A stretch of DNA of 64,000 nucleotides from Eledone cirrhosa (Eukaryota): contig OZ024741.1 in assembly GCA_964016885.1 (NCBI GenBank), positions 339,016,001 through 339,080,000 of the forward strand, written 5' to 3'. Below, in pieces: positions 25,243 through 37,997 of the stretch. The first letter of the stretch is position 1, and each line of letters opens with the position of its first letter. Both the position numbers and the translations under genes were made by a program. The notes beneath the pieces are model-generated. The model saw only the letters and a program-made list of their open reading frames with translations. It was not told the DNA's origin and searched no databases.

Positions 25243-26513
25243 TCTCCTGTATGCTGATGACCTCGCACTCATAGCTGAATCTATGGTAGAACTAGAGAAT
25301 AAATTCCAAACCTGGAAGCAGGGACTAGAGAGAAAGGGCCTCAAAGTCAACATGACAAAGACTAAGGTCCTTATAAGTAGACGAGAAAACAGAACCCAGA
25401 TCCCCTCAGGGAAATGGCCTTGCTCAGTATGTAGGAAAGGTGTAGGTAGGAACTCCATTCTCTGCCCCAAATGCAAACAATGGGTACACAAGAGATGTAG
25501 CGGGATCTCAGGAAGCTTAATTAAGAATGTAGGATTCACATGCAGCAGCTGTGCTGAAACAGCAAGCAAACAGCCACAGGAAACAAGTACCACCAATCTC
25601 TGGGAGGGCCCTGTAGAAACAGTAGACAGCTTCTGCTACCTAGGTGACCGAATTAGCAACGGAGGTGGGTGCTCAGAAAGTACAATAACTAGGGTAAGAA
25701 CGGGATGGAAGAAGTTTAGGGAACTACTACCACTGCTAGCTGCAAAAGGCTTCTCCCTCAGAATGAAAGGCAGACTGTATGATGCGTGTATCCGAACAGC
25801 GATGTTGCATGGTAGTGAGATCTGGGCGCTGAAGGTGGAAGACTTACGTAGATTAGAGAGAAACGAAGCCTGCATGCTCCGATGGATGTGTAACAGTAAT
25901 ATACGTGAACGACAAAGCATAAAGGAATTGAGAGAGAGACTGAGCATAAGAGGAATCAAATGCTGCGTGCAGGAGAGGCGGTTATGCTGGTATGGACATG
26001 TGATGCGTATGAAGGATGACAGCTGCATAAAAAGGTGCAGAGCACTAGAAGTTGATGGAAACCGCGGAGTGGGGAGACCCAAGATGACTTGGGATGAGGT
26101 GATAAAAGCCGACCTTACCCAATTACACCTCTCAAAGTCAATGACACACGACCGTGACTTCTGGCGTCACGCAGTAATACAGGGTACCCGACCTCCCATG
26201 GGTACATGCTGAAGCATATAAACAATATGCCCCCACTCCCCCCACTGCAAGGTGGTCGTGGAGGTGCCACGGCAAAAAAAGCACCCAGCCCACACTGTAA
26301 AGTGGACGTGTAGGCGCCACTGAAAAAGCACCCAGCACTCACTGTAAATGAGGTTGGTGTTAGGAAGGGCATCCAGCTGTAGAAATCAAGCCAGATCAGT
26401 TCCTGTATGAGCACGGCATGGTCAGCCGACCAGACACTGCCCACAACAGGACAACCCGTCTAACTCATGCTAGCGTGGAAGAACGGACGTAAAACGGTGA
26501 TGATGATGATGAT
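25243..26513 (+). mobile_element. RTE LINE subfamily B, 5'-truncated (ORF 25283-26212)
   Basis: Begins at LLYADDL; KTK, FCYLG, WYGHVMRM and GRPK motifs; (GAT)n tail; TA-rich flanks. Confidence 0.95.
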
Positions 26514-26647
26514 ATATGTATATATATGTATATGTATATGAATTTTGTAAAAAATATATTCAAAGTTGGCAGAGCACACTCCAAGGGATGAGTTGTGAGG
26601 TATAAATGTTGTGAATTCAACCAAAGATAAATGTGATATATTGTAAG

Positions 26648-26721
<74 letters not shown>

Positions 26722-26949
26722 AGCATGTGTGTGAACATATAGTAGCACACCCAGTGTTAAACAGTAGACCAATTCTAGAATCAACCTTAGATGTAATTAT
26801 TCCAAAAGGTTCTTGCAAATTGTTTCATGGGATTAATAAAGGGATTTACTGGAATTTCCTTGGCTCCCCCTTTTTTAAATGCATTTAATAAGTTTTTCAA
26901 AAAAATTTATTTTTAATAGTGATTTCTAATTTAGGCATAATTTAAATTT

Positions 26950-27678
26950 AAACCAACTCCAGTAATTGACTGGTACTTCATTTTATTGACTCTTGTAAGG
27001 ATGAAAGGCAAAGTTGACCTTGATGGAATTTGAATTGGAATATAAAGCTACATTTTGCAAAGCATTTTGCTTGATGCTGTAAAGACTCTGTCAATCCACA
27101 TGGAAAGGTCCCTTAACTCCTGATGGGCATTTGTTACCTGGCAAATTCCATCCTTTTCTGGGTCTGAAAATCAATTTCTACCAGAGAAAGAGAAGTAGAA
27201 GACCAATCAACCCTTGTACATAACTGGTATTATAATTATCAACCTCAAAAGGAAGAAAAGCAAAGTTGACCTCAACGGGATTTGAACTTGGAACATAATG
27301 AACCAGAGCAAATACAGAACTATATTTAATCCAATATTCTAATGACTCTGCTAATTAGTCATCTTTTCTTATTAATAGGAATGTTTTAATTATTGCCCCC
27401 TTATTTATGGAAGAGATTGGCTTGGCTGTATGACATTTAATTATAACTTTACATTCTGAGAACAAATCCAAAAGCAGAAACAATTATGTGGATTGGCAGT
27501 ATCGGTAGAGCGTCAGACACTATGCTTTCCAGCATCGAGTTATGGCCATTTACGTTCTGAATTCAAATCATGCCAAGGTTAGCTTTGCCTTTCATCCTTA
27601 CAGGGTCATTAAAATAAAGTACCAGTAATGCACTGGAGTAATTGCTGGCCTTGTGCCAAAAGTAGAAACAATTATTAT
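26950..27678. mobile_element. Three Nin/Deu-like SINE copies (26950-27100 minus, 27220-27360 minus, 27487-27678 plus)
   Basis: Shared ctggtact...ggatgaaaggcaaagttgacct core. Confidence 0.75.
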
Positions 27679-27895
27679 ATATATGCTCGTCTAACCTATG
27701 GTAGCATGGAAAAATAGACGTCAAATGGTGATGATGATGATTTCTATTTCAAGTATTTAGAAAAAAAGAAAGAAAAATACTCAAACTTACTTAAAATCCA
27801 ATTTATGAACTGAGAAACACACCTTAATAAAGATATTATTATGTATGCATATGTTTATAATAATTATAACATTTATATATATAAATGTATGTATA

Positions 27896-27959
<64 letters not shown>

Positions 27960-27967
27960 TATATGTA

Positions 27968-30556
27968 TATTTCAAAACATATTACTTGATGCTTTCGACA
28001 GTAAGGAAGAACATTTAGAGTCGGACAATATAGAGGGACAGTGGGAATTTCTGAAAGCAAACCTGCTGTTGGCGACAGACGAAGTCTGTGGCTGGAGCAG
28101 GCCTGTAGGCAGGAGGAGAGTAACATGGTGGTGGAACAGTAAGGTGGAGGGGTCAATTAAGGCCAAAAAGCAGGCTTGGAAAGTATGGCGGGATGGGGGA
28201 AGTAGAGTAGACTATCAAGTGGCCAGGAGGGAAGCTAGGAGAGAAGTGTACTTAGCAAGAAGGGAAGCTGAGGAAAGAAAGTTCAAGCATGTCCTACAAC
28301 GCGATGACCAAAAACGTGAGGTGTTCAGGATTGCTAGGCAATGCGTCAAGGAAAACCGTGATATTGTCGGGGAGAAGTGTGTACTTAACGATGATGGCAT
28401 ACTTGCCATCACCGACACTGATAAGAAGGTAGCTTGGAAGTGTCACTATGAAAGGCTACTAAATGAGGAGAATAAATGGGAGAAAGACAGTCTCCCCCAT
28501 GTCGACCCAATAGAGGGACCAGCAGTGTTAGTCGAGGGGAGTATAATAAGTAAGGCAATCAAGGATATGAAGACAGGTAAGGCGGCTGGGCCTTCGGAAA
28601 TAGTTGCTGAGATGCTGAAGGCATCTGGCACGGTGGGACACACCATGGTCATCCGCATAGTTAACCAAGTCGTACAGAATGGGGTTGTTCCGAAGGACTG
28701 GCATAGCAGCATCATCGTTAACTGTTATAAGGGTAAAGGAGACGCCCTAGATAGGAGTAACTATAGAGGCATTAAATTAATCGACCAGGTCATGAAGGTC
28801 ACGGAAAAAGTAATAGCGCAACTAATCAGAGAGAGAATTGACCTAGATGAAATGCAGTTCGGGTTTGTGTCAGGCAAAAGTACCACAGACGCTCTTTTCA
28901 TAGTACGACAACTACAGGAGAAGTTCCTAGCTAAAGGTAAACCCCTCTACTTAGCTTTTGTCGACCTGGAGAAAGCCTTCGACAGAGTCCCCCGCTCCAT
29001 TATCTGGTGGGCTCTTAGAAAACTAGGCGTTGACGAATGGCTTGTGAGGGCCATACAAGCCATGTATAAAGAAACAGTCAGCAAGGTTAGAATTAACAAC
29101 GAATATAGTGAAGAGTTTAGCGTAAAAGTTGGCGTCCATCAGGGCTCTGTTCTCAGCCCCCTACTATTCATTATTGCCCTTCAGGCTATAACAGAGGAGT
29201 TCAAGACAGGCTGCCCATGGGAACTCCTATACGCAGACGACCTGACACTCATAGCGGAATCAATGGCCGAGCTAGAGAAGAAATTCCAAACATGGAAGCA
29301 CGGCGTAGAGTCAAAAGGACTTAAAATTAACCTGGCTAAGACCAAAGTTCTAGTTTGTAGGAAAGAAAACAAGGCGGCGGTCCCTTCTGGGAAATGGTCG
29401 TGCTCGGTGTGTAGGAAAGGCGTAGGTAGAAACTCCATTTTATGTCCTAAATGCAAAGTATGGGTGCATAAAAGATGTAGTGGGATCACAGGTAAGCTAA
29501 CTAAGAACATAGATTTTACATGTGGCCGGTGTTCTGGTGCAATAAGTAGCAGCAAGTGCCCACAAAATACTAGCTCTTTCAATTGCGCAGAGGGTTCTAT
29601 AGAAATAGTGGACAGCTTCCGCTACCTGGGCGATAAAATCAGCAGTGGGGGAGGGTGCTCTGAAAGTACTGTAGCTAGAGTCAGAACTGGTTGGAAAAAG
29701 TTCAGAGAACTTATACCACTATTAGCTGCTAAAGGGTTCTCCCTAAAAATGAAAGGCAGGTTGTACGATGCCTGCATACGAACAGCAATGTTGCATGGCA
29801 GTGAGACCTGGGCATTGTGTGCAGAGGATATACGCAGACTAGAGAGGAACGAAGCTTGCATGCTCCGCTGGATGTGTAACAGTAATATACGTGAACGGCA
29901 AAGCATAAACGAACTAAGGAAAAAATTAGAGATAAGAGGGATCAGATGTTGTTTACTCGAGAGAAGGCTACGTTGGTATGGACACGTGATGCGCATGAAA
30001 GACGATAGCTGTATAACAGAGTGCAGGGCAATAAAGATAGACGGTAGCCACGGAATAGGCAGACCTAGAAAAACCTGGGACGAGCTGATAAACTCCGACC
30101 TCACACACTTACACCTCTCCAAGACAATGTCACTGGACCGAGACCTTTGGCGGTACTCAGTAACAGAGAAGACCCGCCTTGCCAGTAGGCATCTCTAACA
30201 AAATACACCCCGTCCCGCCACCACCCCCACCCATCCACACCACCCCGTCCTATGTAAAGTTATGTTGGTGCCGCGCCATCCAGGCCGAAACAAATGAGAT
30301 CGTGTAGGTGTCACGACAAAAAAACACACAGTCCACGCTGTAATGTGGCCGTGTAGGCAACACGGTAAAAACCTCCCAGACCTACACTGTAAATGTGGTT
30401 GGTGTTAGGAAGGGCATCCAACTGTAGAAAACCTGCCAGACAGTCCTATGCGAGCAAGACAATCACTCTTGCCTCAAGTGGGACTACCCCCGTCCAAACC
30501 CATGCAAGCGTGGAACACGGACGTTAAACGTTGATGATGATGATGATGATGATGAT
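27968..30556 (+). mobile_element. RTE LINE subfamily A, 2.6 kb, 5'-truncated
   Basis: Intact RT region, 3' UTR, (GAT)n tail, (TA)n on both sides. Confidence 0.97.
27970..30198 (+). CDS. RTE reverse transcriptase (uninterrupted, lacks the endonuclease domain), with internal PHD-type finger
   Basis: KAAGP, NYRGIKL, QFGF, FVDLEKAFDRV, GVHQGSVLSPLLF, YADD, FRYLG. The first about 43 aa of the ORF-track entry are (TA)n read-through. Confidence 0.95.
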   Translation, partial: FQNILLDAFDSKEEHLESDNIEGQWEFLKANLLLATDEVCGWSRPVGRRRVTWWWNSKVEGSIKAKKQAWKVWRDGGSRVDYQVARREARREVYLARREAEERKFKHVLQRDDQKREVFRIARQCVKENRDIVGEKCVLNDDGILAITDTDKKVAWKCHYERLLNEENKWEKDSLPHVDPIEGPAVLVEGSIISKAIKDMKTGKAAGPSEIVAEMLKASGTVGHTMVIRIVNQVVQNGVVPKDWHSSIIVNCYKGKGDALDRSNYRGIKLIDQVMKVTEKVIAQLIRERIDLDEMQFGFVSGKSTTDALFIVRQLQEKFLAKGKPLYLAFVDLEKAFDRVPRSIIWWALRKLGVDEWLVRAIQAMYKETVSKVRINNEYSEEFSVKVGVHQGSVLSPLLFIIALQAITEEFKTGCPWELLYADDLTLIAESMAELEKKFQTWKHGVESKGLKINLAKTKVLVCRKENKAAVPSGKWSCSVCRKGVGRNSILCPKCKVWVHKRCSGITGKLTKNIDFTCGRCSGAISSSKCPQNTSSFNCAEGSIEIVDSFRYLGDKISSGGGCSESTVARVRTGWKKFRELIPLLAAKGFSLKMKGRLYDACIRTAMLHGSETWALCAEDIRRLERNEACMLRWMCNSNIRERQSINELRKKLEIRGIRCCLLERRLRWYGHVMRMKDDSCITECRAIKIDGSHGIGRPRKTWDELINSDLTHLHLSKTMSLDRDLWRYSVTEKTRLASRHL

Positions 30557-30578
30557 ATATATATATATATATATATAA

Positions 30579-30991
30579 ATGTAAAGTTATGTTGGTCCCA
30601 CAACATCCAGGCCGAAACAAATGAGATCGTGTAGGTGTCACGACAAAAAACACACAGTCCACGCTGTAAATGTGGCCGTGTAGGCAACACGGTAAAAACC
30701 TCCTAGCCCCACACTGTAAATGTGGTTGGTGTTAGGAAGGGCATCCAGCTGTAGAAAACCCGCCAGACAGTCCACGCTGTAATGTGGCCATGTAGGCAAC
30801 ACGGTAAAAACCTCCCAGCCCCACACTGTAAATGTGGTTGGTGTTAGGAAGGGCATCCAACTGTAGAAAACCCGCCAGACAGTCCTATGCGAGCAAGACA
30901 ACCACTCTTGCCTCAAGTGGGAAAACCCCCGTCCAAACCCATGCAAGCGTGGAACACGGACGCTAAACCTGATGATGATGATGATGATGAT
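30579..30991 (+). mobile_element. Second RTE-A 3' UTR copy with an internal about 110-bp duplication
   Basis: Repeats 30252-30556 directly downstream; the cagtccacgctgta...ccagacag segment is present twice. Confidence 0.9.
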
Positions 30992-31054
30992 AATATATAT
31001 ATATATATACACATATGTATGTATATATATATACACATATATATATATATATAT

Positions 31055-31122
<68 letters not shown>

Positions 31123-31499
31123 TATATATAAATGAAAGGTATAGAAAATATTGTAGCAAGAAGCCAACAGCATTCCATAATATATATATGGTGGCTGCCA
31201 ACTCGTTTTCGAGTATGGCCACTACCTTATATCCATGTAGGAGAACCCCTACTGATGCGCTGAACGACTGTGACTTTTTAGTCCAGCCAGCGACTTGAAA
31301 ACTCTGGTACAAATACTACACTTGTGACAATTATTGACACATAGTGCTGGGCCCATGGTACCATGTGACGACAAGTGCAGAGAGATCTCCAGATATAAAG
31401 CAATGCCTGTGCCGTGAAGCTTTTATAGTGAGCAAAGGCACTGCACAAAGCCAGTCCCACTCTCTTAACCAAGATGATATTTACCAAAAAGAAGAACAA

Positions 31500-31798
31500 G
31501 TCAACATCATTGGATACCATCAGGGTTGCAGATGTTATATCAGAGTTTTCCTTCTCCTAGAATTCTGCCTTGACAAAGGCTAAGGAGTCATCTCTCCCGG
31601 TGATTTTGGATGGCCATTGACTCTTAAGAGCTCCTTTGCCCTTTGACAGGTTTTGTTTTTAGTCCTGCAGGATGTCCAAAGTCACCCTCCTCACCAAGAA
31701 ACCTTGGTGGGGTTGCCAGTTTAGTCGCCAACGACCCGACCATGAGACAGGTTGTACTGGGATACATGTTACCAGTAGCACCAACTGGTGACCTAACA
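31500..31798 (-). mobile_element. Probable RTE-type LINE 5' UTR fragment
   Basis: The reverse complement contains ctaggagaaggaaaactctga, a motif recalled from RTE 5' UTRs; not verified. Confidence 0.4.
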
Positions 31799-31817
31799 TA
31801 TATATATATATATATAT

Positions 31818-31864
<47 letters not shown>

Positions 31865-31968
31865 GAGATATAGATATATATATATACACACATATATATA
31901 TCGAGAGAAAGAGAGAAATGAAAGAGAGATATGTATGTATATATATATTTAACAGTATATGTGTATGC

Positions 31969-32003
<35 letters not shown>

Positions 32004-32118
32004 ATTATGTGTGTGTGAGTATGTATGTGAATGTACATGCATAATTATATTTGTATCTATAAATGTGTGTTAACTATCACTGTATAAAATTCCCTGTTCC
32101 ACATTCTATGCGCTTCTA

Positions 32119-32160
<42 letters not shown>

Positions 32161-32164
<4 letters not shown>

Positions 32165-32301
32165 TCATCATCATCGTTTAACGTCCATCTTCCACGCTTT
32201 GGATGGGAGTTTTCCCACTTGAGGCAAGATTGGTTGTCTTGCTCGTATAGGACTGTCTGGCGGGTTTTCTACGGCTGGATGCCCTTCCTAACACCAACCA
32301 C

Positions 32302-32303
<2 letters not shown>
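32161..32303 (-). mobile_element. RTE subfamily A 3' fragment
   Basis: Reverse complement of about 30395-30545, between (TA)n tracts. Confidence 0.85.
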
Positions 32304-32336
<33 letters not shown>

Positions 32337-32559
32337 CATCTCTTTTTCCTCTCATTAATTTGTTCCACATAATTTCATTGCAGCTCAATAAATACCTTAA
32401 TATCTTAGTAAAAGACTACTTTTGATGTATTTGAAATAACTTCATTTGTATTTTGTATATATATATATTGTTCTTTCTTTTAACATACCTTTGTCTTGTT
32501 CTATTATTTCCACTTCACTATATATATATGATAAGGGGATAGAAGGTAGTTTAGGGTGT

Positions 32560-32790
32560 TCAGCTCATGATTGAAAGGCTGTGAGTTCCATTCCTGATTA
32601 TGCATTGTGTCCTTGAGCAAGATACTTTATTTTCACATTGCTCCAGTTAACTAAGCTAGAAAAAATGAGTTGTACCTGTAATTCAAAGACCTGCCACCCT
32701 TTTCTTGTCTCACATTGTATCATGCTGAAGCCACCTGAGAGTTATACTCAGAGATCATGTAATGTGTCTGCAGAATGCCCAGTCACAAGC
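32560..32790 (+). mobile_element. CORE-like SINE whose 3' part seeds the adjacent minisatellite
   Basis: gtgagttccattcc B box and ttgtgtccttgagcaagatactt core. Confidence 0.7.
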
Positions 32791-33918
32791 ATGTCATATG
32801 TCTGTGGAATGCTCAGTCACTAGCATGTCATGTGTCTGTGGAATGGTCAGTCACTAGCTTGTCATGTGCCTGTGGAATGGTCAGTCACTAGCATGTCATA
32901 TGTCTGTGGAATGCTCAGTCACTAGCATGTCATGTGTCTGTGGAATGCCCAGTCACTAGCATGTCATATGTCTGTGGAATGCTCAGTCACTAGCATGTCA
33001 TGTGTCTGTGGAATGCCCAGTCACTAGCATGTCATATGTCTGTGGAATGGTCAGTCACTAGCATGTCATGTGTCTGTGGAATGCTAAGTCACTAGCATGT
33101 CATGTGTTTGTGGAATGCTCAGTCACTAGCATATCATATGTCTATGGAATGCTAAGTCACTAGCATGTCATGTGCCTGTGGAATGGTCAGTCACTAGCAT
33201 GTCATATGTCTGTGGAATGCCCAGACACTAGCATATCATATGTCTGTGGAATGCCCAGACACTAGCATATCATATGTCTGTGGAATGCCCAGACACTAGC
33301 ATATCATATGTCTGTGGAATGCCCAGACACTAGCATATCATATGTCTGTGGAATGCCCAGTCACTAGCATATCATATGTCTGTGGAATGCCCAGTCACTA
33401 GCATATCATATGTCTGTGGAATGCCCAGTCACTAGCATATCATATGTCTGTGGAATGGTCAGTCACTAGCATATCATATGTCTGTGGAATGGTCAGTCAC
33501 TAGCATGTCATGTGTCTGTGGAATGGTCAGTCACTAGCATATCATATGTCTGTGGAATGGTCAGTCACTAGCATATCATATGTCTGTGGAATGGTCAGTC
33601 ACTAGCATGTCATATGTCTGTGGAATGGTCAGTCACTAGCATGTCATGTGTCTGTGGAATGGTCAGTCACTAGCATATCATATGTCTGTGGAATGGTCAG
33701 TCACTAGCATATCATATGTCTGTGGAATGGTCAGTCACTAGCATGTCATATGTCTGTGGAATGGTCAGTCACTAGCATGTCATGTGTCTGTGGAATGGTC
33801 AGTCACTAGCATGTCATGTGTCTGTGGAATGGTCAGTCACTAGCATATCATATGTCTGTGGAATGGTCAGTCACTAGCATATCATATGTCTGTGGAATGG
33901 TCAGTCACTAGCATATCA
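32762..33918. repeat. 34-bp minisatellite (gcatgtcatatgtctgtggaatggtcagtcacta), about 34 units
   Basis: Tandem periodicity read directly. Confidence 0.95.
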
Positions 33919-34109
33919 TTGACAAAACGAGAATATACCTCTTGGCAATTCTCCCATGATTTCTCAAAGATCTGATGCAGTGTGAATATTTGGTTGGCTG
34001 TGCTGCGTCCGGGGCAAAAACCACACTGTTCGTCAGTTAGCTTGGACTTGACAATCTCCCTGCATCTCTTTGACAGAAACTTAGCATAGACTTTACTGAG
34101 GAGGCTTAG
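33919..34109 (-). pseudogene. Rex3/Expander-like reverse transcriptase fragment
   Basis: Manual translation: LSLLSKVYAKFLSKRCREIVKSKLTDEQCGFCPGRSTANQIFTLHQIFEKSWENCQEVYSRFV. Confidence 0.85.
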
Positions 34110-34298
34110 CCCTTTAGCATTTAAACCAGCTGTATCCGGCCAGGTTCAAACCAACCATAACTGGCTGCTCATACTTACATTTAGGTATTGTTCTCAAAAT
34201 AAATAATATGAAAATCTCGTAGATTTGATATTATGTGAGATGAAGTGTTTACCATGAAAATACAATAGTATATATAGAGTTATGTAAATGCTAAAGGA
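34110..34298. mobile_element. piggyBac-like MITE, about 190 bp
   Basis: ttag|CCCTTTAGCATTTA ... TAAATGCTAAAGGA|ttaa terminal inverted repeats. Confidence 0.7.
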
Positions 34299-34766
34299 TT
34301 AATGAGCAAACTTCTCCATTGATGGTATAAACTGGAACACTCTGTATCAGAACCATGAAAGTACAACAACAATACACAATCATCTTCTGTGGTTTCCGGT
34401 GACTAAATTCCACTTCCAAGGGATTAATCAACCTGGGATTATAATAGAAGGTATCATATAATAGAATAGAATCCAAAACCACATGGGGGGAAAATAAACT
34501 CCTTCTTTTTACAAAACTCCAGATGTAAATTTATCTTATTTGCTAATATCTACAAGAATTTTTGCCTTTCATCCTTACGGAGTCGATAAAATAAAGTACC
34601 AGTAATGTACTGGTTAATTGCTGGCCTTGTGCCAAAAAGTAGAAACAATTATTGTATGTAATACGGAAGCAGTTATAACATTTTTGTCTGAGAACTATAA
34701 AACTAGAGCCATGTGGCCATTGAAGAATGGAGGTGTATGATAAATAGTAGACTGACATTAACAACG

Positions 34767-34816
<50 letters not shown>

Positions 34817-35193
34817 ATTAAATGATGTTGCTGAGTGCATGTATATATATATATATATGTATAGCACACTTACATATCAGATCAAGTCATGTCACTTTCT
34901 AAAGCAAGTATAAGTTAAAGCATGTATGTAAAACATATATATATATATATGTGTATATATATATATATATATATACACACATGCATACATACAGACACAT
35001 GTACACACCCACACACATTATATATATAAGTGCTATATATATGTATATAGCACTTTCATACCTCTCATTTCTCAACACACATTCTCTCTCAAATACAAAG
35101 CCCACATCATTTCTTTATCTCTCTGTTCTACACTACTCTTTTCTTATCTCACCTCCAATCTCCAATTTACCAATCTAAAGCACACACAGAACA

Positions 35194-35246
<53 letters not shown>

Positions 35247-35262
35247 CATATATACACACACA

Positions 35263-35318
<56 letters not shown>

Positions 35319-35373
35319 CACATATATATATACATACACATATATATATATACATACACATACATATGTATAC

Positions 35374-35412
<39 letters not shown>

Positions 35413-36338
35413 GTAAGTACATGTCATACACAACTCAGTTGTACTTAGAGAATATTCACATGTACAGCTGCCACTTTCCTGTCATTCAATTAACACTGCT
35501 CTTCCCATCAAAGCTTCTCCTCTGTCTCATTTTACTGCCTCAATGTCTCACTATTTCACCCTTGTTTCATCTTAGATATTTACACATGTTACATATGTAG
35601 TCTTCTGCTTTCCTCTACTCTACTGTATGGTTGTGTATATGCACACACATACACACACACACACACACTTTTACATGTAAGCATGCCTAAATATGTATGA
35701 GTGTTTATATATATATATATATATATCTATATCATCATCATCATCATCATCATCATCATTTTAAGTCCGCTTTCCCCTGCTTGCAAGGATGGGACCTATA
35801 TATATATATATATGTCCCATCCTTGCAAGGATGTAAACAGACGTTCGTCTCATTCTGACGTCACCAGCCCTGTCTCTGCATGTGCGTTTATCTTCATAAT
35901 TACGCATGATGCTGAACTAGCCTGCTTTTAAATTTCCTTTTTGGCATATTATAAACAGTGGGACTTTGGTTATCGTGTCTTTGAGCTCTGCTGATGATCG
36001 ATTCCAACCGTGACCATCTCCACTGAAATTTTCGTGAAATAGTCTTTTTTAAGATTATACAAAGCATTTGTAGTTTTTCAAAATTGAAGGATGAGTATTT
36101 TAAACTTTATTTTATTCTGAGTTAAGGCTCTATTGATTTTTCCCTGGATTTCACCAATTTCTGTGGATGAATCTATATCCTGATTCTTTTTGAATTGAGT
36201 TTGAATTATTTTCCCACATTTTACGTTAACTATTTTTCCATTTTGACGCTATAGTCACTTATATATTATGGAATACTGTTGGCTTCTTGCTACAATAATT
36301 TCTATACTTTTCATTTATATATATATATATATATATAT

Positions 36339-36516
36339 GTTTATCCCGGGTTCAATCGGGGGTAACCACAGTAAGTAAGGTATAGCAGAATATAAATATT
36401 TAATATAGAAATGGCTTCTACAGGACTAGATCTGTTTCATTCAGGAGAAATCATCAGGAAAGCCCTGATAATTTCTTTCGAAGGAAACAGTTCTAGTCCT
36501 GTAGAAGCCATTTTTA
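36339..36516 (-). mobile_element. Hammerhead fold-back family 2 copy with an intact-core hammerhead at 36413-36464 (-)
   Basis: GGCUUUC-CUGAUGA-UUUCUCCUGAAU-GAAA-CAG-AUCUAGUC-CUG-UA^GAAGCC; the opposite arm (36464-36516) has CUGAUAA. Confidence 0.8.
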
Positions 36517-36525
36517 TATATATAT

Positions 36526-36864
36526 CCTGACTGCCCACAGGTACAAGCCGAAGCTGAAGCATATAGACAATATGCCTCCGCGCCCTCCCACTGCAAAGTG
36601 GTCATGGAGGTGCGACAGCAAAAAAGCACCCAGCCCACACTGTAAAGTGGGCGTGTAGGCGCCATGGAAAAAAAGCACCCACCACTCACTGTAAATGAGG
36701 TTGGTGTTAGGAAGGGCATCCAGCTGTAGAAGTCAAGCCAGAATCAGTTCCCTTATGAGCAAGACAAGGTCAGCTGACCGGACACTGCTCACAACAGGAC
36801 AACCCGTCTAACCCATGCTAGCGTGGAAGAACGGACGTAAAACGGTGATGATGATGATGATGAT
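36526..36864 (+). mobile_element. RTE subfamily B 3' fragment
   Basis: Matches 26187-26513. Confidence 0.9.
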
Positions 36865-37403
36865 AATATATATATATATATATGTATGTATATACATTTA
36901 TATATGTATACTCATACATAAACCTCACATATATAATATAATTATACATATATACATACAAATACATATATATACACCCCCACCATATATATATATATAT
37001 ATCATTATAAATATATTTATATACTCACACATACATATATATGCATGCATAAACTGAAGGTTAGACTTCTCAGAATGAAAGAAAAATTATATGATGCATA
37101 TCAGTTTTTTATCATGAAGTTTACTTCAAACTTTATGTATTATACACAAGAAAATATGGTAACTTTCATTTGTGACTATCAAATATGTACAGGTATAATG
37201 TTTAGTTAGTAGGAATCTACTGTAAACTATATCTTATCCAGGAATATTAGTTTTCTTGTCATTGTGATGTGATATCAAATATATTGAACAAATATAAACA
37301 GATGGAACCAACACCTCCATTACCTACATCACCATCACCTTCACCCCCCCCCCATGCACCACCACCAACAACAGCAACAACAACATTATAGTACCAGTCT
37401 AAT

Positions 37404-37641
37404 GCACTAAATACCCAGGTACACATTGTATGGCTAGCCTTGGGCACTAAATACCCAGGTACATATTGTAGGGCTAGCCAAGAGTACTAAATACCCATGG
37501 AAACATTATAGGACTAGCCTAGGGCACTAAATACTCAGGTACACATTGTAGATCTAGTACAGGGTGCTAAATACCCAGGCATACAATGTCTGGCTAACCT
37601 AGTGTACTAAATACCCAGGTACACATTGTCAGGGTAGCCTA
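37404..37641. repeat. About 40-bp degenerate minisatellite (cactaaatacccaggtacacattgta...), 6 units
   Basis: ctaaataccc recurs roughly every 39-40 bp. Confidence 0.85.
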
Positions 37642-37765
37642 TTTGCTAGTTTCCACATATTTTTTCTAGAAGTTTAGGTTAAAACATCAAATTTATTTTA
37701 GACAGACTAAAAAACACTAGAGATACTTTCTTATATATTGAAGTTTGTTATATACAAATATATAT

Positions 37766-37821
<56 letters not shown>

Positions 37822-37903
37822 ACATATTATATATATATATATATATATACACACACATATATATATACACATATATACATGTATATATATGTATGTTTAT
37901 GTG

Positions 37904-37940
<37 letters not shown>

Positions 37941-37997
37941 GTTATTCCGGGTTGAATCGGAGGTAACCACAGTAAGTAAGGTACTCAATACATAGCA

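Noticed and set aside
25254-25260. CTGATGA as a hammerhead core
   Set aside because: It is the coding sequence of the RT YADD motif; no stems or GAAA partner.
29181-30122. Antisense ORFs over the RTE RT (also 3582-4370 and 25135-26082)
   Set aside because: Shadow frames of the RT coding strand, with inconsistent boundaries between copies.
35991-36045. CTGATGA...GAAATAGTC hammerhead candidate
   Set aside because: No convincing stem I, II or III pairing.
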